Made by a program: the position numbers and the translations under genes. Positions 49,287-58,173 of a DNA stretch of 64,000 nt are shown one piece after another (positions within the stretch are counted from its first letter, which is position 1; each line of letters starts with the position of its first letter). A model generated the notes under the pieces. The model saw only the letters and a list, made by a program, of their open reading frames with translations. It did not search any database and was not told the origin of the DNA. The DNA is from a virus. Its lineage: Duplodnaviria > Caudoviricetes. The DNA is taken from the IMG/VR virus record IMGVR_UViG_3300010260_000160, positions 2,000-65,999 of that record; one strand, given 5' to 3'.

Positions 49287-50132
49287 TTATTGATTCATTT
49301 CTCCATTTGTGGAAACCCAGGGAAGTTCTGTCCATAATCTTGGAAAGCCCATCATCTCTTGTGTGAACAGGGGAGACAGTCGGAAAGTGATTCCACCAGG
49401 TTCCTTCAAACCAAGTATCGTGGGAAGCGTGCTCAACTGGTCGTCCCTCGTCATTCCATTCTTGCGAACCATAGCATCCGGATTGTACGGAGGCTGATAG
49501 TCTCTCGCGGAAGGTGTCGGCAGAAGACCGCTGCCGGCCAATGCCGAAAGGCTCTGCCCCATCTGGGAGTTCGGATTGTATGTGTTCGTAAATTTGTCGC
49601 CCTCTCTTGCTGTCGGTGTTGGCAGGAGATCCAGACGGATGAATTTCTGCTGACCGTCCACATTGACTTTGAGACCTTGCGTCTCCGGTGTCGGAAGCAT
49701 CAGACCTCTTTTCTGCGCGTAACCGTTGGCTATTTCCTGAGACAGTGTTCCGGTGCTGCTCGTCTTTGCCGCCGAACGCGGCAGGCTGTTCTTTCCATCG
49801 AAGGCCGTTGGTGTCTTGAGCATTATGTGCGATGAAGTACACTCTGTCTCTTCGGTGCGGTGCTCCGACAGCCGCAGCCGGTATAAGAATCGGCTGGACT
49901 TCGTATCCGATTGCCTCAAAATCTTTGCAGATGCGTTCAATGGTGAAGGATTCCTGGAGTCTGTATCTGTGAATACTGTCTCCCTCATCGAACAAAGTTG
50001 CTTCACATCCCAGGTCAGTGAGTATCCCACCTTCGACCATAGTGGTGATTCCAGCAACATTTTCACCAACGACCCAAGTGGGCCTGATTTCCGACACTGC
50101 TCTGAACATTTCTGGCCAGAGATAACGGTCAT
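49287..50132 (-). CDS. Nested out-of-frame ORF, putative beta subunit of the C5 methyltransferase
   Basis: 281 aa, entirely inside the alpha gene on the same strand; four [L/K]xTP-type repeats and a terminal RLSPLFTQEMMGFP (motif IX-like). Confidence 0.75.
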   Translation of the reverse strand: MTVISGQKCSEQCRKSGPLGSLVKMLLESPLWSKVGYSLTWDVKQLCSMRETVFTDTDSRNPSPLNASAKILRQSDTKSSRFLYRLRLSEHRTEETECTSSHIMLKTPTAFDGKNSLPRSAAKTSSTGTLSQEIANGYAQKRGLMLPTPETQGLKVNVDGQQKFIRLDLLPTPTAREGDKFTNTYNPNSQMGQSLSALAGSGLLPTPSARDYQPPYNPDAMVRKNGMTRDDQLSTLPTILGLKEPGGITFRLSPLFTQEMMGFPRLWTELPWVSTNGEMNQ

Positions 50133-50139
50133 CTTTATA

Positions 50140-50148
50140 CCCCCCCCC
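50140..50148 (-). repeat. Poly-G tract (G9 on the coding strand)
   Basis: C9 on the plus strand, exactly at the frame break just after motif IV. Confidence 0.95.
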
Positions 50149-50478
50149 GTTTTCCTGCATAGGAAAAAGGCTGGCAGGGGAATCCTCCGGTAAGAACATC
50201 AATGTGTCCGCGCCACTTTCTGAAATCCGTTTTTGTGATGTCATCATAACTGACACTTTCTGGGAACCAGTATTCAAGCACTTTTCGCCCGAATGGATTT
50301 ATCTCGCAATGAAATACATTCCTCCATCCAAGAAAAGCGGCGGCCACTTCCGGACCGCCGATACCGCTAAAAAGGCTTGCGTGATTCATTTGTATTTTCT
50401 AATCGAATTGAGTTTAAGGGAGTGAAGTGCAGAAAGCCTCCCCATTTTGTTAATAATCACAGCTGCACTTCTGTCGGT

Positions 50479-50538
50479 TCAGCAACCTTTGCCGCCGCCC
50501 TTACCGCCTTTGCCTTTGGTTGTTTTCTTACATCCCAT
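50479..50538 (-). CDS. Candidate 19-aa Lys/Gly-rich micropeptide
   Basis: MGCKKTTKGKGGKGGGKGC-stop, on the operon strand within an otherwise empty 196-nt gap. Confidence 0.4.
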   Translation of the reverse strand: MGCKKTTKGKGGKGGGKGC

Positions 50539-50585
50539 AGCATCAAGATTTAATTGTTAAACATTAGATATATCCCATACGGGAG

Positions 50586-50987
50586 TTAGTCTTCATCGTC
50601 ATACTCGTCGTCTTCGGAGCTGCGTTCCGGCAGGGAGTTCACATATTCGATGACTTCCTCCGGGGTCATCTTTTTTCTCGGGAGCCTCTCTGCCCATTCT
50701 TCGTTAGCGTCGTACAAAAAAACCATCCCAGGCTTGTACAGCCTGAATCCTTTGTTTGTCTGGAGCTCATATTCTACGACCTTGTAATCGTCAAAGAACG
50801 ACAATAACTCATCAAATGCGTGAATTTTTCCAAGCAGGAACTGCCTCGTGTTATACTCATTCCTTTCGTCCTTGACCGCCTTTTCTGCGGCCTCCTTGCC
50901 TCTCAGGATGTAGTCCACCATACCGGACATCTTGTTACGGAATCCGGCCTGAGAATCGTGTAACTTATAGTATTCTGTTTTCTTCAT
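50586..50987 (-). CDS. Hypothetical phage protein
   Basis: 133-aa ORF with an acidic tail; 4-nt overlap with the upstream gene. Confidence 0.55.
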   Translation of the reverse strand: MKKTEYYKLHDSQAGFRNKMSGMVDYILRGKEAAEKAVKDERNEYNTRQFLLGKIHAFDELLSFFDDYKVVEYELQTNKGFRLYKPGMVFLYDANEEWAERLPRKKMTPEEVIEYVNSLPERSSEDDEYDDED

Positions 50988-51352
50988 ATCCTTTCTCCTA
51001 ATTTGATAACAAAATATTGCTTACCTGGCTCGGCTCCCCATTCTGGGTTGCCATAACCGATTAAAGAATCTTTGATTATAAAAGTAATAGTATGATTGCT
51101 GTATCCACGATGGAAACATACATAAATATATCCTCCTGCTATCTTTGACAGAGATTGAAGATTCTCACACTGATAAAATTGACAGCGAGGTATTGGATTA
51201 GGCTTATACACCTCTCCTACACCACACCATTGTCTGCATTTAAGTATCCGTTTAATCCAGTATGGAGTTATCTCCCTGTATTCCTCCTTCTTTTCGCCTG
51301 AGGCAATCATGTCGTACCACTTGCGCTTGAGTATCAAATGTAGTGTCTTCAT
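50984..51352 (-). CDS. ASCH/PUA-like domain protein
   Basis: LHLILKRKWYDMIASGEKKEEYRE motif. Confidence 0.7.
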   Translation of the reverse strand: MKTLHLILKRKWYDMIASGEKKEEYREITPYWIKRILKCRQWCGVGEVYKPNPIPRCQFYQCENLQSLSKIAGGYIYVCFHRGYSNHTITFIIKDSLIGYGNPEWGAEPGKQYFVIKLGERI

Positions 51353-51552
51353 AATGTTCGAATTTGCATTATTAGAGCAATCACAGAGAAAATCATTGAT
51401 GCGGCAAATATAAATATGTATATGCCGGATTCAATATATAAGCCTTTATTGTCTTTCCATTTGGTGTCTCTCAATGTTCGTAGTCGTAATAGTATTAACA
51501 ACATCAGCCATACAATCCATAGCACCGTAATTAGTATAGACTTACATTTCAT
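51349..51552 (-). CDS. Small two-helix membrane protein
   Basis: 67 aa with two hydrophobic segments; 4-nt overlaps with both neighbours. Confidence 0.5.
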   Translation of the reverse strand: MKCKSILITVLWIVWLMLLILLRLRTLRDTKWKDNKGLYIESGIYIFIFAASMIFSVIALIMQIRTL

Positions 51553-51917
51553 ATCCTTTCATCCTTTACCTTTTCAAAGTAAAATATAACTCTCTGCACA
51601 TCTTCCTTGATAAGCCCATACTTGAGAGCAAGCCTGTAGTCGAATGGCCTGCGGACATTGCGCATCAGCATTTCGGTCAGGTTGTTCCGGAATGTCTCAA
51701 GGTCATTCATGCGCTTATAGTAATTGCACATTCGGCAAGACGGATTAAGATTGTCGATGTCATCGCTTCCTATCTCGTGCTGGTGCCACTTCTCGTTGTT
51801 GCGGTATTTCGGGACAATGTGGTCAACCTGCATATCTTTCATTTCCAGCTCGCATCCGCAGTATGCGCAGTGGCCATCAAACTTGTTATATACAAGTGTA
51901 CGAGTTCTTTTATTCAT
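51549..51917 (-). CDS. HNH endonuclease
   Basis: CAYCG...VDHIVP...NLNPSCRMCNYYK. Confidence 0.9.
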   Translation of the reverse strand: MNKRTRTLVYNKFDGHCAYCGCELEMKDMQVDHIVPKYRNNEKWHQHEIGSDDIDNLNPSCRMCNYYKRMNDLETFRNNLTEMLMRNVRRPFDYRLALKYGLIKEDVQRVIFYFEKVKDERI

Positions 51918-52186
51918 TATATTGTCACTTCATAAGTTTCTGGACCAGGGAAACGACTGCGTTTTACTCGGAAACCTTCTTCACGAAGCCAATTCATAAC
52001 TAATGCTTCGTATTTTGTGGGAACCTCTATTCCGTTATGCATGTGAAATTTTTCTATACGGCATAACAGCATAAATGATGCATACCCGTTTCTCCTTATT
52101 TGACCTACGATGGCATCAATGAATTCCTGTTTTCCAACCGGACACTTTTCATCCAGCTCTATTCGTAAACTTTCTGCTGCTGTCAT
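51917..52186 (-). CDS. Hypothetical phage protein
   Basis: 89-aa ORF coupled to the HNH gene. Confidence 0.5.
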   Translation of the reverse strand: MTAAESLRIELDEKCPVGKQEFIDAIVGQIRRNGYASFMLLCRIEKFHMHNGIEVPTKYEALVMNWLREEGFRVKRSRFPGPETYEVTI

Positions 52187-52193
52187 ATTTTTA

Positions 52194-52697
52194 TTATTTA
52201 TCTGAAATTACTATCTGTTTCGGCAGCAGATTCCAGCAAAAGAAACTGCTGCTGAATGTAATCTTGTTGTTGACGATTCCGTTATTCAGAAATTTGATTC
52301 TGTTACGGAACATAAGAAGCTGTAAATCTCTCTCCTTGAATAAGACTTTCGGTGCACTGTCATTAAGCCAGGTATTTGACATAAGGAGTGCAAACGGCTT
52401 GTTGAATGACAATGCCCTTTCAAAAATCTTCCGTTTGTTTGTGAAAGGTGGATTTGATACCATTATATCCCAATGTTCCGGCTCAAAATTAAAGAAGTCT
52501 TGTCCGTAGTCTATATGGGTGTTAATGACAACATATCCATTCTGGTTGAGGACTTTTACGAACTCGCTCTGCTGGTCATCAAACGGGCACCAGATAATCT
52601 TATCCTTCGGTAGAAATGTCATTATCTCCTTCACAACATACGCAGGAGTATAGCATTCATCATTGTTGCCCTTGCTATACAGAATCCGTTGGCTCAT
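52194..52697 (-). CDS. Small adenine methyltransferase-like protein
   Basis: DECYTP, WCPFD and VSNPPF motifs; start moved to MSQRI (52697), directly after the upstream stop. Confidence 0.75.
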   Translation of the reverse strand: MSQRILYSKGNNDECYTPAYVVKEIMTFLPKDKIIWCPFDDQQSEFVKVLNQNGYVVINTHIDYGQDFFNFEPEHWDIMVSNPPFTNKRKIFERALSFNKPFALLMSNTWLNDSAPKVLFKERDLQLLMFRNRIKFLNNGIVNNKITFSSSFFCWNLLPKQIVISDK

Positions 52698-52698
52698 A

Positions 52699-52926
52699 CT
52701 ATCTGTCTTCTCGTCCATAACCATCCAGAAGTTGATAATATGTTGAGTTAAGTGTTTGACCAATCTTAATTCGTCCTGCCCCGGACAACATACGAGCCTG
52801 CACATGAAGTTGTGCAGCCGTCATTGTCTTGCATCGGGTAAGGATTTCAATTTCGAGCGCATAATCGGGAAGGATGCGTCTCGCTTTCTTCTCTGCTGTG
52901 ATTTCTTTGATTATGTCGATGAGCAT
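52699..52926 (-). CDS. Small hypothetical protein, possibly winged-helix
   Basis: 75 aa directly after the replication initiator; ends GRIKIGQTLNSTYY. Confidence 0.5.
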   Translation of the reverse strand: MLIDIIKEITAEKKARRILPDYALEIEILTRCKTMTAAQLHVQARMLSGAGRIKIGQTLNSTYYQLLDGYGREDR

Positions 52927-53987
52927 GGTACTGCAATATATTGTAACGGTTTCCCTTTAAGTAGCGGACTGATGATAGGCTTGACAATTTCAACATTCTC
53001 TCGCAGGAACTGAATGAGCCGTTCCGAGGCATACAACTGATTGTTACAGACCTTCCCCAGATACTCCGAATAGTTTATCCAGTTGATATTGTCACGAACC
53101 ATATCTGTCAAGATGTCCTCAGACACATTATGTTCATATGCAAAGATGTCGAACAGTTTCTTCCACGCATCAAAGAAGTCTTTCTTGTCCTTCTTGAAGC
53201 GGACATCTTGGATGACATTCTTATTGTTATCCATCTGCTTCCACTCCAAACAGGCTGCAAGTCGTGTCGTAGAAGATAACTTTGCCCAACCACCAGTGCG
53301 AGCGTGCATCAGTTCATTGTTTCGTATGAATTTATCAAGCTGCTCCTCCGGTTTGAGGAAATTTGCAAAGAAGAAATGCGACAGAATCCTCAATTCGTCA
53401 CTGAGAACTCTTTTATTCTTAGGTTGTCCCTTCCTTGTGATTGTCGCACCAGGAAAAGCGGTTGATACACTCTTTGATGTCTTTGATTGCGCAGGAACAT
53501 CTGATGGTTTCTTCTCCTCCTGGATCTTATCTTTGTTTTCAGCCTGCGGATGCACTTCATCCTCTGCAAGAGAGATAACCTTGACATTAGCATATTTTGT
53601 CCTGACATCAGGTATCAGCATATATTCACGATACACTTGAACCTGCCTGCGAGACACGGCTTCAAAGAAACGCTTCTGTATGCCACGGGATGTAAGTATC
53701 TCGTACTTTTCATACATTGTCCGGTCAAAGAACTCCCGGGACAGACTGCTCTCAACGATTTCATCCAATTTCTTCAAATCGAAGTCCTTGCCACCTATAC
53801 GCTTTACAAACAGTTTACGCTCGTCCTCTCCCCAGTGGCAATAGTACCCTTCCGAATCGTAAATCTTGCTTATGATGCGTAGCAGTACATAAGAGCCAAG
53901 ATAACCGTGGTCCACCTCCACGAGAGCAATCTTGTCATCATCAAAGAAGTTCGTGTTGAGTGGGAAATATTCAATACCATTCTTCAT
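52911..53987 (-). CDS. Putative replication initiator (DUF4373/Lin1244-like N-terminus)
   Basis: GIEYFPLNTNFFDDDKI...KIY...GYY and ILTSRGIQKRF motifs. Confidence 0.8.
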   Translation of the reverse strand: MKNGIEYFPLNTNFFDDDKIALVEVDHGYLGSYVLLRIISKIYDSEGYYCHWGEDERKLFVKRIGGKDFDLKKLDEIVESSLSREFFDRTMYEKYEILTSRGIQKRFFEAVSRRQVQVYREYMLIPDVRTKYANVKVISLAEDEVHPQAENKDKIQEEKKPSDVPAQSKTSKSVSTAFPGATITRKGQPKNKRVLSDELRILSHFFFANFLKPEEQLDKFIRNNELMHARTGGWAKLSSTTRLAACLEWKQMDNNKNVIQDVRFKKDKKDFFDAWKKLFDIFAYEHNVSEDILTDMVRDNINWINYSEYLGKVCNNQLYASERLIQFLRENVEIVKPIISPLLKGKPLQYIAVPCSST

Positions 53988-54412
53988 AACTGTGTCAATA
54001 TGCTATGTAGATAATCGTTGATTTCTTTCTGAAAATCATCAAGAGAACGGCATACGACATATTTGTAGCCGTATTGCTCAATGTGCTGCTGCCAATGCTT
54101 TTGAGATTCGCTCTGCTTACCCTTGTCGGTCTTCATCTCAATGAGAAGACCATAATAGCCGTTGCTGGCGACAAGTAGGATAAGGTCTGAAACACCTGCA
54201 AGCACACCTTCGGCTTTGAGTTTGCCGGCCTGTGCTTTTCCTCTTTGTCCTCCGTTTGGGACGGCAAATAGGTTAAGTGATAATTTGCTGTACTGGTATC
54301 GGAACCATTGCACACAGGCGACCTGGATCTGATGCTCAACATCAGAAGGAGGTCTCCGCTGCTTTGAGTTGACTTCCGCAAGAATCTTTTCGTAAACTGA
54401 ATTATTATTCAT
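53984..54412 (-). CDS. VRR-NUC domain nuclease
   Basis: EHQIQ...FAVPNGG...GVSDLIL...IEMK..KGKQSESQ. Confidence 0.88.
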   Translation of the reverse strand: MNNNSVYEKILAEVNSKQRRPPSDVEHQIQVACVQWFRYQYSKLSLNLFAVPNGGQRGKAQAGKLKAEGVLAGVSDLILLVASNGYYGLLIEMKTDKGKQSESQKHWQQHIEQYGYKYVVCRSLDDFQKEINDYLHSILTQL

Positions 54413-54423
54413 ATAGTTCCCAA

Positions 54424-55833
54424 TTAGTTGTCATAGTCTTCAAAGAACGCGTCCATCAATTCATCGAAATATGCCTCGTCAGTCGGGATGTCGTCATCAG
54501 AGTTCATTATCTGGTTTGCGATGGATTTCTTCTTATGGATTATGTCGTACAACCTTGTGTCTATCGTATTCCGGCCCAAGAGATAATAACAAGTCACATT
54601 ATCCTTCTGACCTATACGGTGTGCGCGGTCTTCACACTGGCAACAGTCAGCATAGGTCCACGGCAGTTCAATGAATGCGACATTAGATGAGGCTGTAAGA
54701 GTGAGACCTACACCGGCAGCCTTGATTCCGCAGATAATCAGTTTTCTGCTGCCCTGCTGGAAGCTGTCCACAGCAAATTGTTTCTGCTGCATACTTTCGC
54801 GTCCGGTTATTGACACGGCTTCTGGAAAGGCCTTGCTGATTTCGTCAACTATCTCGTGATGGGCGCAGAACAATATCAGAGGTTTGTCGCTTTCCAAGAA
54901 TACACGGATGAAGTCAACTGTCTGTTTGACCTTCCCTTTCCCTGACAGGGACCGAAGCGTCATAAACTTAATCAGAGCCTTCATCCTCATCTTACGCCGT
55001 ATCTCTCTGTCAGTGCAATTCTTGTATTCCCGAAGATACTGTGCGAGGTCTGACGCTGCAAGGCAGTATTCCTCACGGTTGGAAATGTCTATAATCAAAT
55101 CCATTCTTGTCTTGTCTGGCAACTGCGTCAGGACTTTTGATTTCTCCCTGCGAATCATACATCTGCTGTACAACTCTCGTGACAGCACATCAAGATTTTC
55201 CCCACTTCCGTAGTCCTGCATAAACTTCGACATCCCTCCAAACTCATTCAGCCTCTCCATTATTGAGAGCTGCGAAACAAGGTCCCCAGGACGGTTTACA
55301 ACCGGTGTTCCGGAGAGAAGAATTATCCATTCCTTTCCGCTGGCAATTCCCTTGGCAAACTTTGTCTGCTGCGCTCCTGGATCCTTCACTCTGTGGCTTT
55401 CATCCATAATGACAGACTTGAACATCCGGATATGAGAAGAAAACACCACATCCTTTACTCTGAATGTATCCTTCGTCCCGTGAATATCGAGCACAAAGAA
55501 TTTCCGAAGGCTCTCATAATTCACGATTGCGACATTGAACATCTTCATCTGGAGGAGATACGGCCAAGTGGTACGGACAGTATCATCCAATACCAATGCC
55601 TTTTTGTTGGTGAATTTCTCGAACTCACGCTGCCAGTTTATCTTCAGAGATGAAGGGCATATCACAAGGCAGGGATATGCGTCCGCTATATCAACGATTC
55701 CAATGCTCTGCAATGTCTTTCCAAGGCCAGGCTCGTCACCAATAAACAGACGCTTCCAAGCAAGGCCCTGCTCGATGCCTTCGCACTGGTATTCGTATGG
55801 CTGTACTTTAAGGTTATGCTTCAATTCTTTCAT
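54424..55833 (-). CDS. SNF2-family helicase (HARP/SMARCAL1-like)
   Basis: GDEPGLGKT, DESH, LSGTP and QCEDRAHRIGQ motifs. Confidence 0.92.
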   Translation of the reverse strand: MKELKHNLKVQPYEYQCEGIEQGLAWKRLFIGDEPGLGKTLQSIGIVDIADAYPCLVICPSSLKINWQREFEKFTNKKALVLDDTVRTTWPYLLQMKMFNVAIVNYESLRKFFVLDIHGTKDTFRVKDVVFSSHIRMFKSVIMDESHRVKDPGAQQTKFAKGIASGKEWIILLSGTPVVNRPGDLVSQLSIMERLNEFGGMSKFMQDYGSGENLDVLSRELYSRCMIRREKSKVLTQLPDKTRMDLIIDISNREEYCLAASDLAQYLREYKNCTDREIRRKMRMKALIKFMTLRSLSGKGKVKQTVDFIRVFLESDKPLILFCAHHEIVDEISKAFPEAVSITGRESMQQKQFAVDSFQQGSRKLIICGIKAAGVGLTLTASSNVAFIELPWTYADCCQCEDRAHRIGQKDNVTCYYLLGRNTIDTRLYDIIHKKKSIANQIMNSDDDIPTDEAYFDELMDAFFEDYDN

Positions 55834-56264
55834 TTGAATCTCTCCACTTCATCAATGATTTCCTGCCGGGTACTACCTCGCAGATATTTTGCGAGAATGA
55901 CATCTATGCTGCGCTGATAGAACCTTTCAAATTCAGTTTCATCCATAGCTTCGAATGATATGCTTTTCGGAATGACAACCTGCCTACCCCCGTGCCAGAC
56001 GGTATTGGCGTAGCCAAGGTCCAGCTTGAGGCAGACCGCCATATCATCAATGCTGTAGATGTCGAGCATCCTATGAACGCGTTCTGGAAGATTGTCAAAT
56101 GTCAAACGGACAAGTGCCCAGAATTTTTTGTGAAATTCATAGTTCCTTGGTTTGGTGATTGTGCAGAGCACATCTTCGCCAATCTTCAAGCGGCATTTCT
56201 CATCATAGTCGCTGTCATACATCGGAATGAGTCCGCATTCAGTAACCCGGCAGTAAATCTTCAT
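55830..56264 (-). CDS. DUF1367/NinB-like recombination accessory protein
   Basis: PRNYEFHKKFWAL...PKSISFEAMDETEFERFY. Confidence 0.75.
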   Translation of the reverse strand: MKIYCRVTECGLIPMYDSDYDEKCRLKIGEDVLCTITKPRNYEFHKKFWALVRLTFDNLPERVHRMLDIYSIDDMAVCLKLDLGYANTVWHGGRQVVIPKSISFEAMDETEFERFYQRSIDVILAKYLRGSTRQEIIDEVERFK

Positions 56265-56273
56265 TGATAACTT

Positions 56274-56936
56274 CTATTTGTTCAAGTTGAGGCACCAATA
56301 CCAGAAAGCAAGTTCCTCATACTTCTCTCGGCCCTTATTATAGATTTCGTCCCCACGATATATGTATTTCTTGAAAACGAGGTTGTTTTTTTTGCTGATG
56401 GCATAAATGAAATCCCTGTCTGTATTCTCAATGTCCATATACCAGGCACGGCTCCGGTCCCAGTCGAAAAAGTCTATTGATTCTTCAAACTCCTCCTGCG
56501 ACGCAGCCGAAGTAGTCTTCAAATCTCCGCCGAAGGCATTCGGAATCCACCAGTCCCATTTACATCTTGTGTCAAGAGTAAAACCGAACTGACCATACTC
56601 AAACTGCTGGCAGTGACGGATGGACACACGCTGCGTATCTGATATTTCAAGCACTTTTGCAAGAAATGAATCACGCCTTGCCTCCATCTTCAATGCCTTG
56701 TGCATTTCAGCCGCGTGCCTGAACTCATCTTCACTGTAAACCACATCGTCAACGGTGTGAAGGTAATAGTTCACTCTTGACGGCTCGGTGATGATTGCAT
56801 CTACAAGTGTTCCGAAACGGAAAGCGGCCTCCCGGTCCCCGAACTGCATTCGGGGATGAAGGAGGTCGCGCAGAGCTGTCAAATCGGAATTGCTCACTTC
56901 CGTCCGGTTGTAGTATTCGTCCGGATTGTGGTTCAT
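56274..56936 (-). CDS. RecE/ExoVIII-like PD-(D/E)XK exonuclease
   Basis: YYNRTEVSNSDL, FGTLVDA and RCKWDW...GDLKTT motifs; partner of recT. Confidence 0.8.
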   Translation of the reverse strand: MNHNPDEYYNRTEVSNSDLTALRDLLHPRMQFGDREAAFRFGTLVDAIITEPSRVNYYLHTVDDVVYSEDEFRHAAEMHKALKMEARRDSFLAKVLEISDTQRVSIRHCQQFEYGQFGFTLDTRCKWDWWIPNAFGGDLKTTSAASQEEFEESIDFFDWDRSRAWYMDIENTDRDFIYAISKKNNLVFKKYIYRGDEIYNKGREKYEELAFWYWCLNLNK

Positions 56937-56937
56937 A

Positions 56938-58155
56938 CTATTTCGCTTTTACATCTTCCACATACTCCAGATGCTCACTTTCAATGAATCTTGGAGTGCC
57001 GACATCATTAGCCAATTTGTTGACAAGGGTTATCTGTTTGCTGAACTCTTTCGTGAGCTGCTCGACAGTCAAGTTCTTGCCAACGAACTCCCACCACATT
57101 CCAAAGATGTCAAGGAAGCCTTCAACATTCAGAACATTGACCTTCTTCTTAACAATTGTCTTGGACTGGCATGTTACTAATGTGCCACTTGCCGCATTGT
57201 TGAACAGGTCTCCGACGGCTGATGCTGTCTTTGCCGCCTCGGCTGCCTTACGCTCCTCCTCCTCTTTCTTCCTACGCTCAAGTTCGCGCTCGGCAGCTTC
57301 CCTGCGTTCTTTCTCCTCCATTTCGGCTTTGATTCTGGCGGCCTCGGCTGCATTGGCGGCCTCGGCTGCAGCAATCTTTTCCAGCTCAACTTTCTTTGAC
57401 GGCAGCTTGGTGAGGAATCCCTCACGCTCATCTTCCAGAGCGAACTTGTATTGCTCCCGAAGTTGTTTGTCCATCAGTCTCTGTCTAACATCCTTTCTTA
57501 TTGCAGCACATTCGTCACGAGACAGAAGAGATGGAAGTCTGACGGAACTTGCAAATTTGCTGTCCCAGTCTTCCGGCAGAGTTACTTGATAACTCCTGAG
57601 GATTTTATCAGTCTCCGAATAATTTGCGAGTGTTGTCCCGGCAAAGATGTCAGACAGATGGTTGATACGGACATTGATGGCTGCGTTTATCCATTGGCAG
57701 AACTCATCTTCACAATCCGTGCGGTACTGTTTGCGTGCCTGTTCCATCTGCATCTTACGGAGTTCCTCTGCCCTCCGGCGTTCTTCCTCCTCCCTTTTCT
57801 TTGCTGCATACTGGTTGCGGTATGCCTGGATCTGAAATGGGACGGAGCCTTCCTTTGAGACATCGATGTCATTCTCCATAGTGGTGAAGACTTTTTTGAA
57901 CTGGTCGAACATCTTTGTGGCAGGAGAGCGGACCTCGTTGATTTTCTTCACAGTCGCTTTGGCCTTCGTGATGAACAGAGAAGCCTCGGAATCAAGTTCG
58001 TCAGACATCCCTTCTTGTTTGATTCTTTCCAAGAGGTTCTGTCCGTAATTCATACAGGCATTGTGAGATTTTACACTCACATCGTAAGCATTAGGTATCT
58101 GCTGCGCAATAAGGTCAACATCACTCTGCTTGATAACCATTAATTCATTTGCCAT
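56938..58155 (-). CDS. Coiled-coil protein of the recombination module
   Basis: 405 aa, long Glu/Arg/Lys/Ala helices; lies between recT and the exonuclease. Confidence 0.6.
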   Translation of the reverse strand: MANELMVIKQSDVDLIAQQIPNAYDVSVKSHNACMNYGQNLLERIKQEGMSDELDSEASLFITKAKATVKKINEVRSPATKMFDQFKKVFTTMENDIDVSKEGSVPFQIQAYRNQYAAKKREEEERRRAEELRKMQMEQARKQYRTDCEDEFCQWINAAINVRINHLSDIFAGTTLANYSETDKILRSYQVTLPEDWDSKFASSVRLPSLLSRDECAAIRKDVRQRLMDKQLREQYKFALEDEREGFLTKLPSKKVELEKIAAAEAANAAEAARIKAEMEEKERREAAERELERRKKEEEERKAAEAAKTASAVGDLFNNAASGTLVTCQSKTIVKKKVNVLNVEGFLDIFGMWWEFVGKNLTVEQLTKEFSKQITLVNKLANDVGTPRFIESEHLEYVEDVKAK

Positions 58156-58173
58156 AATTTCACCATTTTGATG

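Larger units (their letters stand above)
49198..50389 (-). pseudogene. C5 cytosine DNA methyltransferase (alpha subunit), frameshifted at a G9 tract
   Basis: The 5' part has SLFSGIGG (I), CEI (II) and GGFPCQPFS (IV); the 3' part has DDRYLW, ENV (VI), HRRDRVYF (VIII) and YGNAIVPQV (X). G8 would join them as KRGGYKDDRYLW. Confidence 0.9.

Noticed and set aside
49198-50277. 359-aa ORF as a standalone gene starting at 50277
   Set aside because: Its first ~45 residues are an out-of-frame reading of the true 5' part; the catalytic N-terminal motifs are in 50135-50389.
53380-53560. Iterons or a replication origin inside the initiator gene
   Set aside because: I found no convincing direct repeats by eye; a computational repeat search is needed.
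56386-56393. A8 run in the exonuclease gene as a phase-variable tract
   Set aside because: The gene is in frame, and A runs of this length are common in Lys codons.
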